From contig CAZTFB010000002.1 in the NCBI GenBank assembly GCA_964612595.1, positions 6,663 to 70,662 of the forward strand: a DNA stretch of 64,000 nt. The letters are read 5' to 3'. Position numbers and translations under genes: made by a program. Of this stretch, positions 44,468 to 53,922 are shown piece after piece. Position 1 is the stretch's first letter. Each line of letters opens with the position of its first letter. Source of the DNA: an uncultured Gammaproteobacteria bacterium (GTDB taxonomy: Bacteria > Patescibacteriota > Microgenomatia > UBA1406 > HO2-37-13b). The notes beneath the pieces are model-generated. The model made no database searches and was not told the origin of the DNA. It worked only from the letters and a program-made list of their open reading frames with translations.

Positions 44468-46114
44468 ATGAATAAGAAACTGCCTCCCTTCATTCGTATC
44501 GATAGCGACATAAATTTCAGACCGCGCAGCCGCACGCGGAGCAGTCTTCGCATTTATGCTATTCCTTTTCTCATAGCCACTATGTTCCTCATCTTCACCA
44601 TACGCCTCTTCCATCTGACCCTTGTAAAGGGTACCTACTATAAATTCGCATCTGAAGACAATCTTATAACTGAGGTGTCTATTGAAGGTAAACGCGGCAC
44701 CATTTTTGACCGCAAAGGTCAAAAAATTGCTTACTCAGAAGGTGAAGATAAAAAGTTTCGACGCGTGTATCCTCATGCTCAAGCCCTTGCACATATTCTT
44801 GGCTATCGACAAATCGCATCAGAAGTAAACCTTAAAGTTGACGCCTGCAAAGAGCCTCTCAAATTAAATGATAAATTAGGTGTGAAGGGTGTTGAAAAAC
44901 TTTTCGAATGCTCCCTGCGCCCTATTAAAGGTCGTGAGCTCATAGAAACAAACGCTCGAGGTAAATTTATAAAAACCATCTCGAAAATTGAGCCACAGTC
45001 GGGAAAAGATATTGCTCTGAGCATCGATGCAGAGCTGCAAAAAAGAGCTTACGATGTCATTGATCAAAACTTGCCAAAGAGTAATGAAATTGTAGATTAT
45101 CCCAGCAAAAAAATCTCCATTATCGGCCTTAAACCTAAAACAGGTGAGGTTCTTATCATGTTGTCTTACCCTTCGTATGATCCACAAGCATTTGAAGATG
45201 GTACAAAGGATCTTGTGCAAGCATATCTTAAAAGCGAAGCACAACCACTCTATAACCGTGCGCTACTTGGCACATATCCGCCGGGGTCGGTATTTAAGCC
45301 GGTTGTCGCAGCGGCAGCGCTGGAAGAAAAGGTTATGACTCCTTCTGATCTCATCGAGGATAACGGCTATATTGAGGTCGGTACAAACAAGCAAAGATTT
45401 CATAACTGGTTTTATACAAAATATGGAAAAACCGACGGTATGGTTGATATGGTAATGGGCCTACAGCGATCAAACGACATATATTTCTATAAAATCGGAG
45501 AAAAACTCGGCAATGAAAAAATAAAAAAATGGTCAAGTACTTTTGGCTTTGGTAAACATACAGGCATTGATCTCGATGATAGTACGGGACTCATTCCTTC
45601 AGACTTTTGGAAACGTGAGAAAGTTGGAGAAAAATGGTATTTGGGTGATACGTACAATCTTTCAATTGGCCAGGGATATATGCTGGTGACGCCGATCCAG
45701 CTTGCTCTCTCAATTGCCGTGTTTGCTCAAGACGGTAAATATTGCTTACCACAAATTTTGAAAGTATCCGATGTTATTAAGCCGCATTGTGAGGATCTTG
45801 GATTGGAGAAAGAAACCCTTGAGACGGTGCGTGAGGGTATGAAAAAAGCGTGCGAAACGGGTGGAACGGGATGGCCGTTCTTTAATTTTGAGCCCGTCAC
45901 AAAGGGCGAAAAGGTTGAGGTAGGCTGCAAAACAGGAACGGCACAGTCGCATCTTAAAAGTGGTATTCCTCACGCGTGGTTTACAATATTTGCCCCATTC
46001 GATGAGCCTGAGATTGTATTGACTGTGTTGGTTGAGGAGGGTGGTGAGGGTTCGAATATAGCAGCACCGATTGCGAAGGAAATCTTGACGACGTATTTTC
46101 AGCGCAGCGAATAG
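44468..46114 (+). CDS. Class B penicillin-binding protein (PBP2/FtsI-type transpeptidase)
   Basis: SxxK GSVFKP, SxN RSNDIY, KTG CKTGTA, and an N-terminal TM segment. Confidence 0.9.
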   Translation: MNKKLPPFIRIDSDINFRPRSRTRSSLRIYAIPFLIATMFLIFTIRLFHLTLVKGTYYKFASEDNLITEVSIEGKRGTIFDRKGQKIAYSEGEDKKFRRVYPHAQALAHILGYRQIASEVNLKVDACKEPLKLNDKLGVKGVEKLFECSLRPIKGRELIETNARGKFIKTISKIEPQSGKDIALSIDAELQKRAYDVIDQNLPKSNEIVDYPSKKISIIGLKPKTGEVLIMLSYPSYDPQAFEDGTKDLVQAYLKSEAQPLYNRALLGTYPPGSVFKPVVAAAALEEKVMTPSDLIEDNGYIEVGTNKQRFHNWFYTKYGKTDGMVDMVMGLQRSNDIYFYKIGEKLGNEKIKKWSSTFGFGKHTGIDLDDSTGLIPSDFWKREKVGEKWYLGDTYNLSIGQGYMLVTPIQLALSIAVFAQDGKYCLPQILKVSDVIKPHCEDLGLEKETLETVREGMKKACETGGTGWPFFNFEPVTKGEKVEVGCKTGTAQSHLKSGIPHAWFTIFAPFDEPEIVLTVLVEEGGEGSNIAAPIAKEILTTYFQRSE

Positions 46115-46138
46115 AAGACCTTAACCTCTCGAGGTTCG
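46115..46138 (+). repeat. REP copy d: AAGACCTTAACCT-ctcg-AGGTTCG
   Basis: Lies immediately 3' of the PBP stop codon. Confidence 0.65.
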
Positions 46139-46145
46139 TATCCGC

Positions 46146-46174
46146 TTGACAAGCTCAAAAAAAAGGACTATACT
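46146..46174 (+). promoter_or_regulatory. Consensus promoter TTGACA-N17-TATACT
   Basis: TTGACA 46146-46151 and TATACT 46169-46174. It fires into the terminator about 20 nt downstream. Confidence 0.45.
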
Positions 46175-46195
46175 GTCTTATAGTAATTTAAAAAG

Positions 46196-46226
46196 AATCA
46201 GCGAAGGCTGATTTTTTTCTTTTTTA
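46196..46226 (+). terminator. Canonical intrinsic terminator
   Basis: AATCAGC-gaag-GCTGATT followed by TTTTTTCTTTTTT. Confidence 0.75.
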
Positions 46227-46387
46227 AAGGGGTTGGACAAACTGTTTGTAACGAAAAGTGAGTCTGAGTCACATTTTTCGCTATAAAGAGCTTGCTCAGC
46301 TCCTTCCCCAGAGACCTGGGGTTGGTCCTTTGAAAATCGATGTCGGATTGAGCAAACCGACAACCGCTGCAAGAAGGAGACCCTCAC

Positions 46388-46597
46388 ATGCAGCCATCAA
46401 CCACCTCGGTGCCGCAAGGCACGCCCATCGTGGTCGATCAACCGCCTGCGCGGTTGGTCGAAGGAGCGGCCGCTGCTCCCCGACGAACGCTCGCCCTGCA
46501 CATCGGCTCAGCGCCGCGGTTCGCTCTTGGTGGGCATCGTGGTCGACGCGCATCGGCGCGCGTTGACTATGCCTGTCGTATGGGCGGCATGAGGTAG
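46388..46597 (+). CDS. Cassette G1: 69-aa basic/Ala-Arg-rich protein, no family assignment
   Basis: AAGGAG lies 8 nt before the ATG at 46388. About 73% GC. The coding frame is uncertain because all frames are open. Confidence 0.35.
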   Translation: MQPSTTSVPQGTPIVVDQPPARLVEGAAAAPRRTLALHIGSAPRFALGGHRGRRASARVDYACRMGGMR

Positions 46598-46656
46598 CCG
46601 CGTGTGCGGTCGAAGTGGCGCTGCGCCACGTAGACCGCTAATGCGGTAGTGCGTTT

Positions 46657-46684
46657 GGGCGGCCCGGGATATCCCGGGCCGCCC
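46657..46684 (+). terminator. Perfect 28-nt GC palindrome 3' of G1
   Basis: GGGCGGCCCGGGAT|ATCCCGGGCCGCCC, then TACTTTCTTT. Confidence 0.6.
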
Positions 46685-46710
46685 TACTTTCTTTAATAGA
46701 TACAGCTAAT

Positions 46711-46739
46711 TTGACACATTCCTCTGATATTTATATACT
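46711..46739 (+). promoter_or_regulatory. Consensus promoter TTGACA-N17-TATACT driving G2
   Basis: TTGACA 46711-46716 and TATACT 46734-46739. Confidence 0.5.
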
Positions 46740-46853
46740 TACACCATCTTTTACATTGTCCATTGGCCCTTTCTATATAAAACACTCCCACATGATATTA
46801 CGTTTTGTATAGCAAGGGCTGATTGACGCCCGTTTTTGTGAGCAGTAACAATT

Positions 46854-47102
46854 GTGTGCTCACATGACACGGAGGATGCCACATTGGCACCGAGGAACGA
46901 CTGGGCCAATCCGAGGAACGGCGATGGTTTCGGGGCGAACCCCCGGGGAGAGAGCCGCGGTGGGCGTAATCTGTCGCCCGCCGACCCTTCCACTGGGCAG
47001 CCGCTGCCCACTCTGGAGCCCACTGGTGTGTGTGCGGACTACTGGACAACGCGCCAGGGTGAAGCCCTGAGTGATGCCGGCAGCGAGGACGAGGAGGAAT
47101 AA
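46854..47102 (+). CDS. Cassette G2: small acidic-tailed protein with NPRN/NPRG repeats, no family assignment
   Basis: High GC3 in this frame. The start may be the TTG at 46884, which follows GGAGGA. The C-terminal tail is SDAGSEDEEE. The rival frame 46852..47070 is not excluded. Confidence 0.35.
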   Translation: MCSHDTEDATLAPRNDWANPRNGDGFGANPRGESRGGRNLSPADPSTGQPLPTLEPTGVCADYWTTRQGEALSDAGSEDEEE

Positions 47103-47128
47103 GTCAAGTCCTCCAAGCTCGTCCTCAA

Positions 47129-47164
47129 CCCGACCTCTGGAGCCTACGCGCTCCGGAGGTCGGG
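47129..47164 (+). terminator. GC hairpin 3' of G2
   Basis: CCCGACCTCTGGAGC-ctacgc-GCTCCGGAGGTCGGG (one mismatch). Confidence 0.55.
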
Positions 47165-47222
47165 ATCCTACTTCCCCCTTCTCGATAAGAATTATTTAAT
47201 ACATCTTCGCTAGAATTTCCTT

Positions 47223-47432
47223 ATGTTCTTTATCAAAGCCCAACATACACAAATATCATCGATAGAGCTTGCAGACAAATTACCAGAGGCACTACATAAT
47301 GCAGAAAAACATGGTCATCTTTACGTAATGAATGACAAAGAACCCGTAGCGATACTATTGTCCATGAAAACATTTAGAAAGCTTCATACGCATGCTGCTC
47401 GCAGCATTATGGATAAAATTAGATCCTTTTGA
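47223..47432 (+). CDS. Phd/YefM-like antitoxin-fold protein (orphan)
   Basis: ISSIELADKLPEALHNAEKHGHLYVMNDKEPVAILLSMKTFRKL resembles the Phd/YefM N-terminal domain. TAGAAT lies 6 nt before the ATG. No toxin partner is present. Confidence 0.35.
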   Translation: MFFIKAQHTQISSIELADKLPEALHNAEKHGHLYVMNDKEPVAILLSMKTFRKLHTHAARSIMDKIRSF

Positions 47433-48825
47433 AGTACGGTTCGGAGGCCTTAATCGAGCCTTTTGAGAATTGATCTTTCATTCTTTTCGCCGTTTCAGGC
47501 ATAAATGGCTCAAGTTCCACAGCAATATCAACAAGACCCTGAACAACAGGCAATAATGCCTCTTTTAGGGCTTCGGGAGAATCTTTTAGTTTCCACGGCT
47601 CGATATGATTAAAATACTTATCAAGCTCGGCAATTTTCATCCAAATATCATCAAGAACCTCTTTAAACGCAAACGATTCTATGCGATGCTCGTATTCATG
47701 GGTAAAAAACTTCCCCTTTCGCCCACCCATATCGATGCCCTCACAAAGTTTCGCGGTACGAGATATAAGATTACCCAATCCATTCGCAAGATCGCTATTA
47801 TACGTATCTGAAAACTTATCAAGTGCAAGATCACCATCATTCCCAAATGTGTAGGCAGACAAGAGAAGATAGCGTGCCCCATCAACACCATATTTTTCAA
47901 CTAACACGTGGGGCGCAATAACGTTACCAAGAGACTTTGACATTTTTTGGCCATTTATCGTAAAAAACCCATGTGCAAAAATCGTTTTTGGTAGCGGTAA
48001 CCCAGCAGCCAATAATAGTGCCGGCCAAATACACGCATGAAACCACACAATATCTTTCGCCATTAATTGCAGCTGATTTGGCCAGAAATCTTCCTTTCCT
48101 TTAATTATTTTTGTCGCTGTATAGTAATTAAAGAGTGCCTCAACCCATACATACACCGTTTGCGACGCATCCCAAGGTATCTGTACGCCCCAGGTAACCC
48201 CTTGGCGTGAGATTGAGATATCTTCTATACCCTGATCAATCCGACCAAGCACCTCATTACGGCGGCTCTCGGGCAATACTTCAATCTCACCACTTGCTAT
48301 TTTAGCACGTACCTGAGCCCCAAAGTCTTTAAGCTTAAAGAAATAATTATCCTCTTTTTGTTGAACTGGTTCTTGATTGGGATGTAGCGGGCATTTCCCC
48401 TCAACAAGGTCTTGCTCTGTCAAATATCGCTCACAACCAACACAATATAGGCCCTCATAAACGCCTTTATAAATAAAGCCTGCATCATACATCTTCTGTA
48501 AAACCTCTTGCGCAATCTTTACATGCTCTGGATGTGTGGTGCGAATAAAATAGTCATACGAAATTCCCGCTTCATCCCACGCTTTTTGAAATGTTGGTGC
48601 AACCTCATCTGCATATTCCTGGGGAGTCTTATTATGCGCTTCAGCAGCCTCGGCTACTTTCGCGCCGTGTTCATCTGTCCCAGTGACAAATAATACATTT
48701 TCTTTTCCAAGTTTTTGTCGATAATAGCGTGCCATCACATCAGCAGCAAGCGTCGTATAAAAATGCCCTACATGTGGCACGTCGTTCACGTAATAAATTG
48801 GCGTATTGACATAATATTTAGACAT
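47419..48825 (-). CDS. metG: Methionyl-tRNA synthetase (short form)
   Basis: PHVGHFYT (HIGH) and KMSKSLGN. 468 aa. Confidence 0.93.
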   Translation of the reverse strand: MSKYYVNTPIYYVNDVPHVGHFYTTLAADVMARYYRQKLGKENVLFVTGTDEHGAKVAEAAEAHNKTPQEYADEVAPTFQKAWDEAGISYDYFIRTTHPEHVKIAQEVLQKMYDAGFIYKGVYEGLYCVGCERYLTEQDLVEGKCPLHPNQEPVQQKEDNYFFKLKDFGAQVRAKIASGEIEVLPESRRNEVLGRIDQGIEDISISRQGVTWGVQIPWDASQTVYVWVEALFNYYTATKIIKGKEDFWPNQLQLMAKDIVWFHACIWPALLLAAGLPLPKTIFAHGFFTINGQKMSKSLGNVIAPHVLVEKYGVDGARYLLLSAYTFGNDGDLALDKFSDTYNSDLANGLGNLISRTAKLCEGIDMGGRKGKFFTHEYEHRIESFAFKEVLDDIWMKIAELDKYFNHIEPWKLKDSPEALKEALLPVVQGLVDIAVELEPFMPETAKRMKDQFSKGSIKASEPYFKRI

Positions 48826-48884
48826 GTGGACATTATAGCACCTTCGTGCTTGAGGGTCAGTCTGTAACGTGGTATGCTGAAGGT

Positions 48885-51458
48885 ATGACTGCGCTTGCCT
48901 ATACTGAGGAAGAATCGCCTTTAAAAAAGTTCGGCGGGATCCTTTTAACCACCATTATTGTGATCACAATAATTGCAGGTGGATTGTATTTTTTTAGACT
49001 CACACATCCGACAAGCAATTTGGGCGACCACCCACAGACAGAGCGCATTACAAAAGCGTTGAACGATCCTAAAACAGCAAGTTTCTACCGCGACTTAATA
49101 CCTGCAGAAACGACAACAGATGATAATGAAAGCGGCGCGCGCAGCGCGCCACAATTTAATGTTGGTCGCTACACCGTAGCGACCACACTACCGTTCCTCC
49201 CTGCTCAAACAAAAATTTACACCTTCAAAAATTCCTTTCCTGAAGATCAGACCCTTACCTTAGCTCAGAAACTTTTATCTAAGGATGCAAAACTTGTAAC
49301 AACTAAAGATGGCATCCGTACCTACAGTAGTACGTTTGGTTATCTCGTCTTTAATACAACCTCGGGTACTTTTGAACTTAACTCGATTGGCGCTACTGCT
49401 CCCTTCGAACAGCTTAAGACCATTAACGATATACGCCCAGCACTCACAACTTATCTTCAAGACAAACTCAATATCATCGATGAAACTACAACACTTAGCG
49501 CCTACTACCAACGTAGTACGTCTCCCGATATCACTTATTACGAATTCCATCGTGACCCAGAAAAAATAGGTTTGCACATCATAAATCCAGTTGGCGTTGC
49601 AAATCTACCCGAAGATATTCCACTCAAAAAAGTAAGTATTAATTCTTTTACTGTTGATAGTGCTAATGATCCAACAATTATCCTCGCCTCAGATTCACCT
49701 GGAAAAGCGCGCCGCAATGACTTTAATACCCTAACAGTCGGTATAAATAGTAGCGGCTCCATCGTTTCACTAGAATCAAACTTGCGCCCCGTGGAATCGT
49801 CTGACTATGTTTCTGGACTTTCTCTCTCGATTCTTTCCCCCGATCAGGCACTTGAAGAGCTTCAAAAACAAGGCGCCTACTTTAGCATAACCGTTCCTGC
49901 AGGACAAGGAACCATTGACTACGACAAGGTATACCTCAACAATCAACTAAAAACACAGGAAGCTGTCATAACAGATATGGCACTTACTTATATTGAGAAG
50001 CCGCCCAATGTTGCCCAGCGTTATTTACAACCGGCATATATCGTTCGCGGCTATGCAGAAACAGATACAGGCGTCCGAGTAAAATTCGTCCAAACCGTAC
50101 CAGCAATCTCTTCGCTCGAAAATACAACCTCGGGGGTTGTTTGGAGCGTCGCACAGCGCTTAATTAAACCTGCCTTTGCTATAGGTGATGAAACCACCAT
50201 CCCTTGTCCTGGCGGATCCGGAATCTGCACCTTTGAAAAATTCAAAACTACACCAACACCTGTCCCACGACAATTTACTCCAACTCAACCAACACCAACG
50301 CGACCACAACAAGTCGCACCAACAAAACCGATTTTAACTACAGATCGATGTGTACTTTATAATACCGCTGGTGATCTTGTAGAAGAAGGACGCGCCATTT
50401 TTGTAACGGGTATAGGCACCGTGTACTATTTTGGCAATCTTCCCACAGGACCTCTTGTTGTGCCAAACTCCTATAGCGATCTTTATTCATCCGCTCAAGA
50501 AGGAGATCCTGCACTTATGAGCTATGCTTTCGAAGAAAAAATTCAAAACGAGCTCATCACAATAGGCGCCCGCATAATGCGCGATAATCCATCGCGCATT
50601 CGTTACGGCAATAACGGTCTCGATATTAAATTTCTTTACCAAACAAACACAGATTTCCAGAATCTCCCAAATGTGGACTATGGCAATGGAACGAGTGAGC
50701 GAGCAATTTACTGGGAATATGTTACTAATGCCCTATACGAAAATAGATTTAATCTCGATCAACTTGCAAGCCAACCTACCCCACTCAAGGATGCAGGACT
50801 TAGCAATGAAATTATCTGGCTATCACGCAGAAACGCGCACCAAATTGGTATCCAATCACGCATATATAATAATTTCACTCTTGATCCAAGATGTCGCTTC
50901 TTAACAACCATTTCCCCACTTATCTTTTTCTACACCCAAACATCAACGAACATGACGCTTACTTTCAACCATTCGAACATAACCTATATTGACCCTGTAT
51001 TGTCGAAAAAACTAGTATTCACCGCGCAACCAAACGGTTCGCTTACTTTTAATAACGGGGTCACACGAGATAAAATCCATTATGAATACGCTCATATTTC
51101 CTTCGAAAGACCAACGTCTGGTTGGATTGTTGCGACAGAAAATATAGAAAAAACTGTCACTTCAATAGCACAGCTATTAGAATTAACAACACAAGAGTCA
51201 ACAAGCTTGCTCAAAGAAACGGTGCGCGCTCAGGCCATTCTACCAACCAACCAGCCGATATTTGTTGGAATTATTGATGAGGCCACACTAAACAAAAAAC
51301 TGCCGTTCACACTATCACCACAACCCAATGAACTGCGCCGCATACATTTGTATTTTGAACCTGTAGGCGCAGCTACAACAACCACAAAACCACACATATC
51401 AGCAATAAAACGAGCCGGATTTACCGTTATAGAACTAGGCACATATGTTGAGCAATAA
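48885..51458 (+). CDS. Large N-terminally anchored secreted protein, no family assignment
   Basis: ORF 48846..51458, with the start at MTALAYTEE. TM segment GGILLTTIIVITIIAGGLYFF. Includes a PT-rich linker. Confidence 0.6.
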   Translation: MTALAYTEEESPLKKFGGILLTTIIVITIIAGGLYFFRLTHPTSNLGDHPQTERITKALNDPKTASFYRDLIPAETTTDDNESGARSAPQFNVGRYTVATTLPFLPAQTKIYTFKNSFPEDQTLTLAQKLLSKDAKLVTTKDGIRTYSSTFGYLVFNTTSGTFELNSIGATAPFEQLKTINDIRPALTTYLQDKLNIIDETTTLSAYYQRSTSPDITYYEFHRDPEKIGLHIINPVGVANLPEDIPLKKVSINSFTVDSANDPTIILASDSPGKARRNDFNTLTVGINSSGSIVSLESNLRPVESSDYVSGLSLSILSPDQALEELQKQGAYFSITVPAGQGTIDYDKVYLNNQLKTQEAVITDMALTYIEKPPNVAQRYLQPAYIVRGYAETDTGVRVKFVQTVPAISSLENTTSGVVWSVAQRLIKPAFAIGDETTIPCPGGSGICTFEKFKTTPTPVPRQFTPTQPTPTRPQQVAPTKPILTTDRCVLYNTAGDLVEEGRAIFVTGIGTVYYFGNLPTGPLVVPNSYSDLYSSAQEGDPALMSYAFEEKIQNELITIGARIMRDNPSRIRYGNNGLDIKFLYQTNTDFQNLPNVDYGNGTSERAIYWEYVTNALYENRFNLDQLASQPTPLKDAGLSNEIIWLSRRNAHQIGIQSRIYNNFTLDPRCRFLTTISPLIFFYTQTSTNMTLTFNHSNITYIDPVLSKKLVFTAQPNGSLTFNNGVTRDKIHYEYAHISFERPTSGWIVATENIEKTVTSIAQLLELTTQESTSLLKETVRAQAILPTNQPIFVGIIDEATLNKKLPFTLSPQPNELRRIHLYFEPVGAATTTTKPHISAIKRAGFTVIELGTYVEQ

Positions 51459-52308
51459 AACAATTATCGGTATAGGCGCACTTCTTTTTTCTGCTGTTGC
51501 AATAGGCTACATAATGATTGGTCTTCAACAGCGCCAAACAACACGCCCCGACGCACAATCTATTGATGTATACAGTTGCCCTCTGGGCACAGTTAAACCT
51601 GATCCCGAAACGGGTCTATGCGAACCAGGCTCAATTCCAATCCCTATTTATCCTTCTGGTGGTGGACAACAACTCATTGACTCTGGATCTCTTGATGGAG
51701 GTTCGAATATAAGTAGCGACATAGGCCCCACAAGCTTAATTCAATCATCACCCACGCCAACAAAGCCAGTACTGGGATTTTGTTGTATTCCCCTTACACC
51801 CACACAACCCGTAGGATCAACACCAACACCGACAACTATTCCCGATATACCAACACCAACCTCATGTCCTGGTGGAGGTGAACAACTTACCGTTGATTCA
51901 CAAGCTGGATGTTCTTCTACAAACCGCTGTGATTTTTCCGTCACAACAGATGGATCTGGCAATATATTAACTCGTTCACTTTGGTCTGATGGAAGCTTCA
52001 GCTTTGGAACCCTAGACCAAGATGTAACGCGTCTTAATGAGCAGACATTTGCGTACGGTACCGCAGGTACATATGACGTATCTTTGACTTGTACTGATAC
52101 AGCAACGGTATGTACAAAACAAATAACCATCACAGATCCAGGCATTTGTAACACACCAACACCAACATCGACCCCGACGCCGACACCATCGCCTTCACCT
52201 TCGCCAACACAAGGTGTCCCTACGCCATCTCCGACACCACCAGCATGTAGAGTACCAATGCCAACATTAATCATACGTTGCCCAAACGGGTGTCCTGAAC
52301 TGAAATAA
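51445..52308 (+). CDS. Anchored secreted protein with a PKD-like domain and PT-rich linkers
   Basis: TM at the N-terminus. PKD-like segment WSDGSFSFG...FAYGTAGTYDVSLTCTD. Tail TPTPTSTPTPTPSPSPSPT. Confidence 0.6.
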   Translation: MLSNKTIIGIGALLFSAVAIGYIMIGLQQRQTTRPDAQSIDVYSCPLGTVKPDPETGLCEPGSIPIPIYPSGGGQQLIDSGSLDGGSNISSDIGPTSLIQSSPTPTKPVLGFCCIPLTPTQPVGSTPTPTTIPDIPTPTSCPGGGEQLTVDSQAGCSSTNRCDFSVTTDGSGNILTRSLWSDGSFSFGTLDQDVTRLNEQTFAYGTAGTYDVSLTCTDTATVCTKQITITDPGICNTPTPTSTPTPTPSPSPSPTQGVPTPSPTPPACRVPMPTLIIRCPNGCPELK

Positions 52309-52309
52309 T

Positions 52310-53395
52310 ATGACAAAAGAAATGTTACGAACAAAAATGATGCTCATACTCATGGTATTGCTCCTTGTGGGCATTACTGCAGGTGTTGCACTTATTCAGG
52401 GACCTATTGACCTTCGTAACCGCGCTGCTGAGCCAAACAAGTGCGAGGGAGCCATCGCCACATGTACTGTTGGAGATATTACTGATCAAGATTTCGATAC
52501 ATTCAAAATTCAAATTATCGATCCAATCACAGGAGAAGTAAAACAAGAAGGTGCAATAGGCTCACCCAATCCAGTGACCGCAGTTGTCGAGCCTGGAAAG
52601 AAGTATATATGTCGCGTAATAGGTGTGACAGCTGGTGGTACAAAACGAACTGATTGTCCAACCAATGATGATGAAAAAACGGCACCCATATGTAGTGGCC
52701 CATCTCCCACTCCAACAACGCCATTAACAAACACGCCTGTTCCATCAAACCCACCATCCCCAACTCCTACAGGGCCTGTAGTTTCGGGTTGCCCTATAAA
52801 CATACGCAACGTTGAACCCATCTTATGTGTTGTGGACGCAGAAGGGCGCTGCCTTGTTGGTGACACAATCACTCTTACTTGTGCAGAAGTTCGAAAGTGG
52901 AAAACAGCCCTATCATCAGCAGATATAAGACTCATCGAAGGATTTAGTTTGATTTATAGACTTGCTGTATATGACCAGAATGGCGGCATTTTAGCTACGA
53001 CAAGATTAAATGATACACGCGATGGCCAACCTGACCAGACAGAGTTACAATTCCCTGCCCAAACTGGACTGATATATACAAGTCGACTTGAGGTATTTGA
53101 CGAAACGCGACTTAACCCGACGATCTGCAATCATATTTCTGGTCGCTTACGTTGCGCTGGCATAACACCACCAATGCGCATTCCAACAACGGTAGTGCCA
53201 ACCTCCTCTCTCACAGCCTGTTCACAATCAAGCGGCGATTTAAATCTTGATGGGAATGTTGATACGCGTGATGTAAATATGTTTGTTCGCTCACAGTTCA
53301 CTCGACACAATCTTTCTGCTTCAGACATAAATTGCGACGATAAGGTCGATAGTGCAGACTGGGCCTTACTCTTCACTCGCGTCTTCGGCCAGTAA
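52310..53395 (+). CDS. Anchored secreted protein with a C-terminal dockerin-like module
   Basis: Two Ca-binding-type repeats, DLNLDGNVDTRD and DINCDDKVDSAD. Confidence 0.6.
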   Translation: MTKEMLRTKMMLILMVLLLVGITAGVALIQGPIDLRNRAAEPNKCEGAIATCTVGDITDQDFDTFKIQIIDPITGEVKQEGAIGSPNPVTAVVEPGKKYICRVIGVTAGGTKRTDCPTNDDEKTAPICSGPSPTPTTPLTNTPVPSNPPSPTPTGPVVSGCPINIRNVEPILCVVDAEGRCLVGDTITLTCAEVRKWKTALSSADIRLIEGFSLIYRLAVYDQNGGILATTRLNDTRDGQPDQTELQFPAQTGLIYTSRLEVFDETRLNPTICNHISGRLRCAGITPPMRIPTTVVPTSSLTACSQSSGDLNLDGNVDTRDVNMFVRSQFTRHNLSASDINCDDKVDSADWALLFTRVFGQ

Positions 53396-53400
53396 CTGAT

Positions 53401-53445
53401 AAGCCCGCGGCACAATCCAGCTCTGGGCTGAAACTGGGTCGTGTC
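53401..53445. repeat. Repeat family 2, copy iii (AAGCCCGCGGC ... GGGTCGTGTC with a 24-nt insert)
   Basis: Shares both arms with copies at 14805 and 62501. Confidence 0.4.
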
Positions 53446-53457
53446 AATTCCTAAAAA

Positions 53458-53466
53458 TGGTATAAT
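53458..53466 (+). promoter_or_regulatory. Extended -10 TGGTATAAT upstream of cassette H
   Basis: Lies in AT-rich DNA about 300 nt upstream of the first H sORF. Confidence 0.45.
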
Positions 53467-53567
53467 ATGGGCAATTTATTTTTTGGTACGTGTGTTGTAC
53501 GAAAGCATGTATTACCCACGTGCCTTGCACTTTTTCATATTTAGAAGGCAATGAATGTTACATAGTT

Positions 53568-53740
53568 GAGAGCCCTTCCAACGAGGTTGTGTCCTATGCG
53601 GATGTGATCTAGTCGGAAGGGCTCTCTGAAGGTGTCGTTAGCCATCAGAAGTCCAACCACAGTCCCTGCACGGGGCTGGGGGGCGACCCGCGTTGGGGCA
53701 GCACCCCCCGAGTCTGTGAAACGATAGCAGCCTCGGGGGG
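53568..53740 (+). promoter_or_regulatory. Highly structured GC-rich leader of cassette H
   Basis: 12-bp stem GAGAGCCCTTCC (53568-53579) with GGAAGGGCTCTC (53615-53626). 9-bp stem CCCCCCGAG (53704-53712) with CTCGGGGGG (53732-53740). Confidence 0.4.
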
Positions 53741-53769
53741 TGTCCCCACCCATCAAAGGAGTTGTTCGC

Positions 53770-53922
53770 ATGGCAGGACCACCACTGATCGATCCGTCTG
53801 ATCGCAGCACCTGGCCGGACTCGGACGACGAACTCGACGAGGAGGAGCTAAAGTACGCTCCGCCGGCAACTGGCCCCTGGGAACCACAGGGAGAGGAGGA
53901 TGTTCGTGTCCGAACCGAATGA
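53770..53922 (+). CDS. Cassette H sORF1: 50-aa acidic Pro/Trp-containing peptide
   Basis: AAGGAG lies 8 nt before the ATG at 53770. Sequence MAGPPLIDPSDRSTWPDSDDELDEEELKYAPPATGPWEPQGEEDVRVRTE. Confidence 0.45.
   Translation: MAGPPLIDPSDRSTWPDSDDELDEEELKYAPPATGPWEPQGEEDVRVRTE

Noticed and set aside
46115-46142. A tRNA-like T-loop string GGTTCGTATCC after the PBP gene.
   Set aside because: There are no complementary T-stem or acceptor-stem partners. The sequence is the REP hairpin (copy d).
50230-52260. Pro/Thr-codon repeat tracts (for example ACACCAACACC runs) considered as a CRISPR-like or tandem-repeat array.
   Set aside because: They are in-frame PT linkers of secreted proteins. They are irregular and have no repeat-spacer periodicity.
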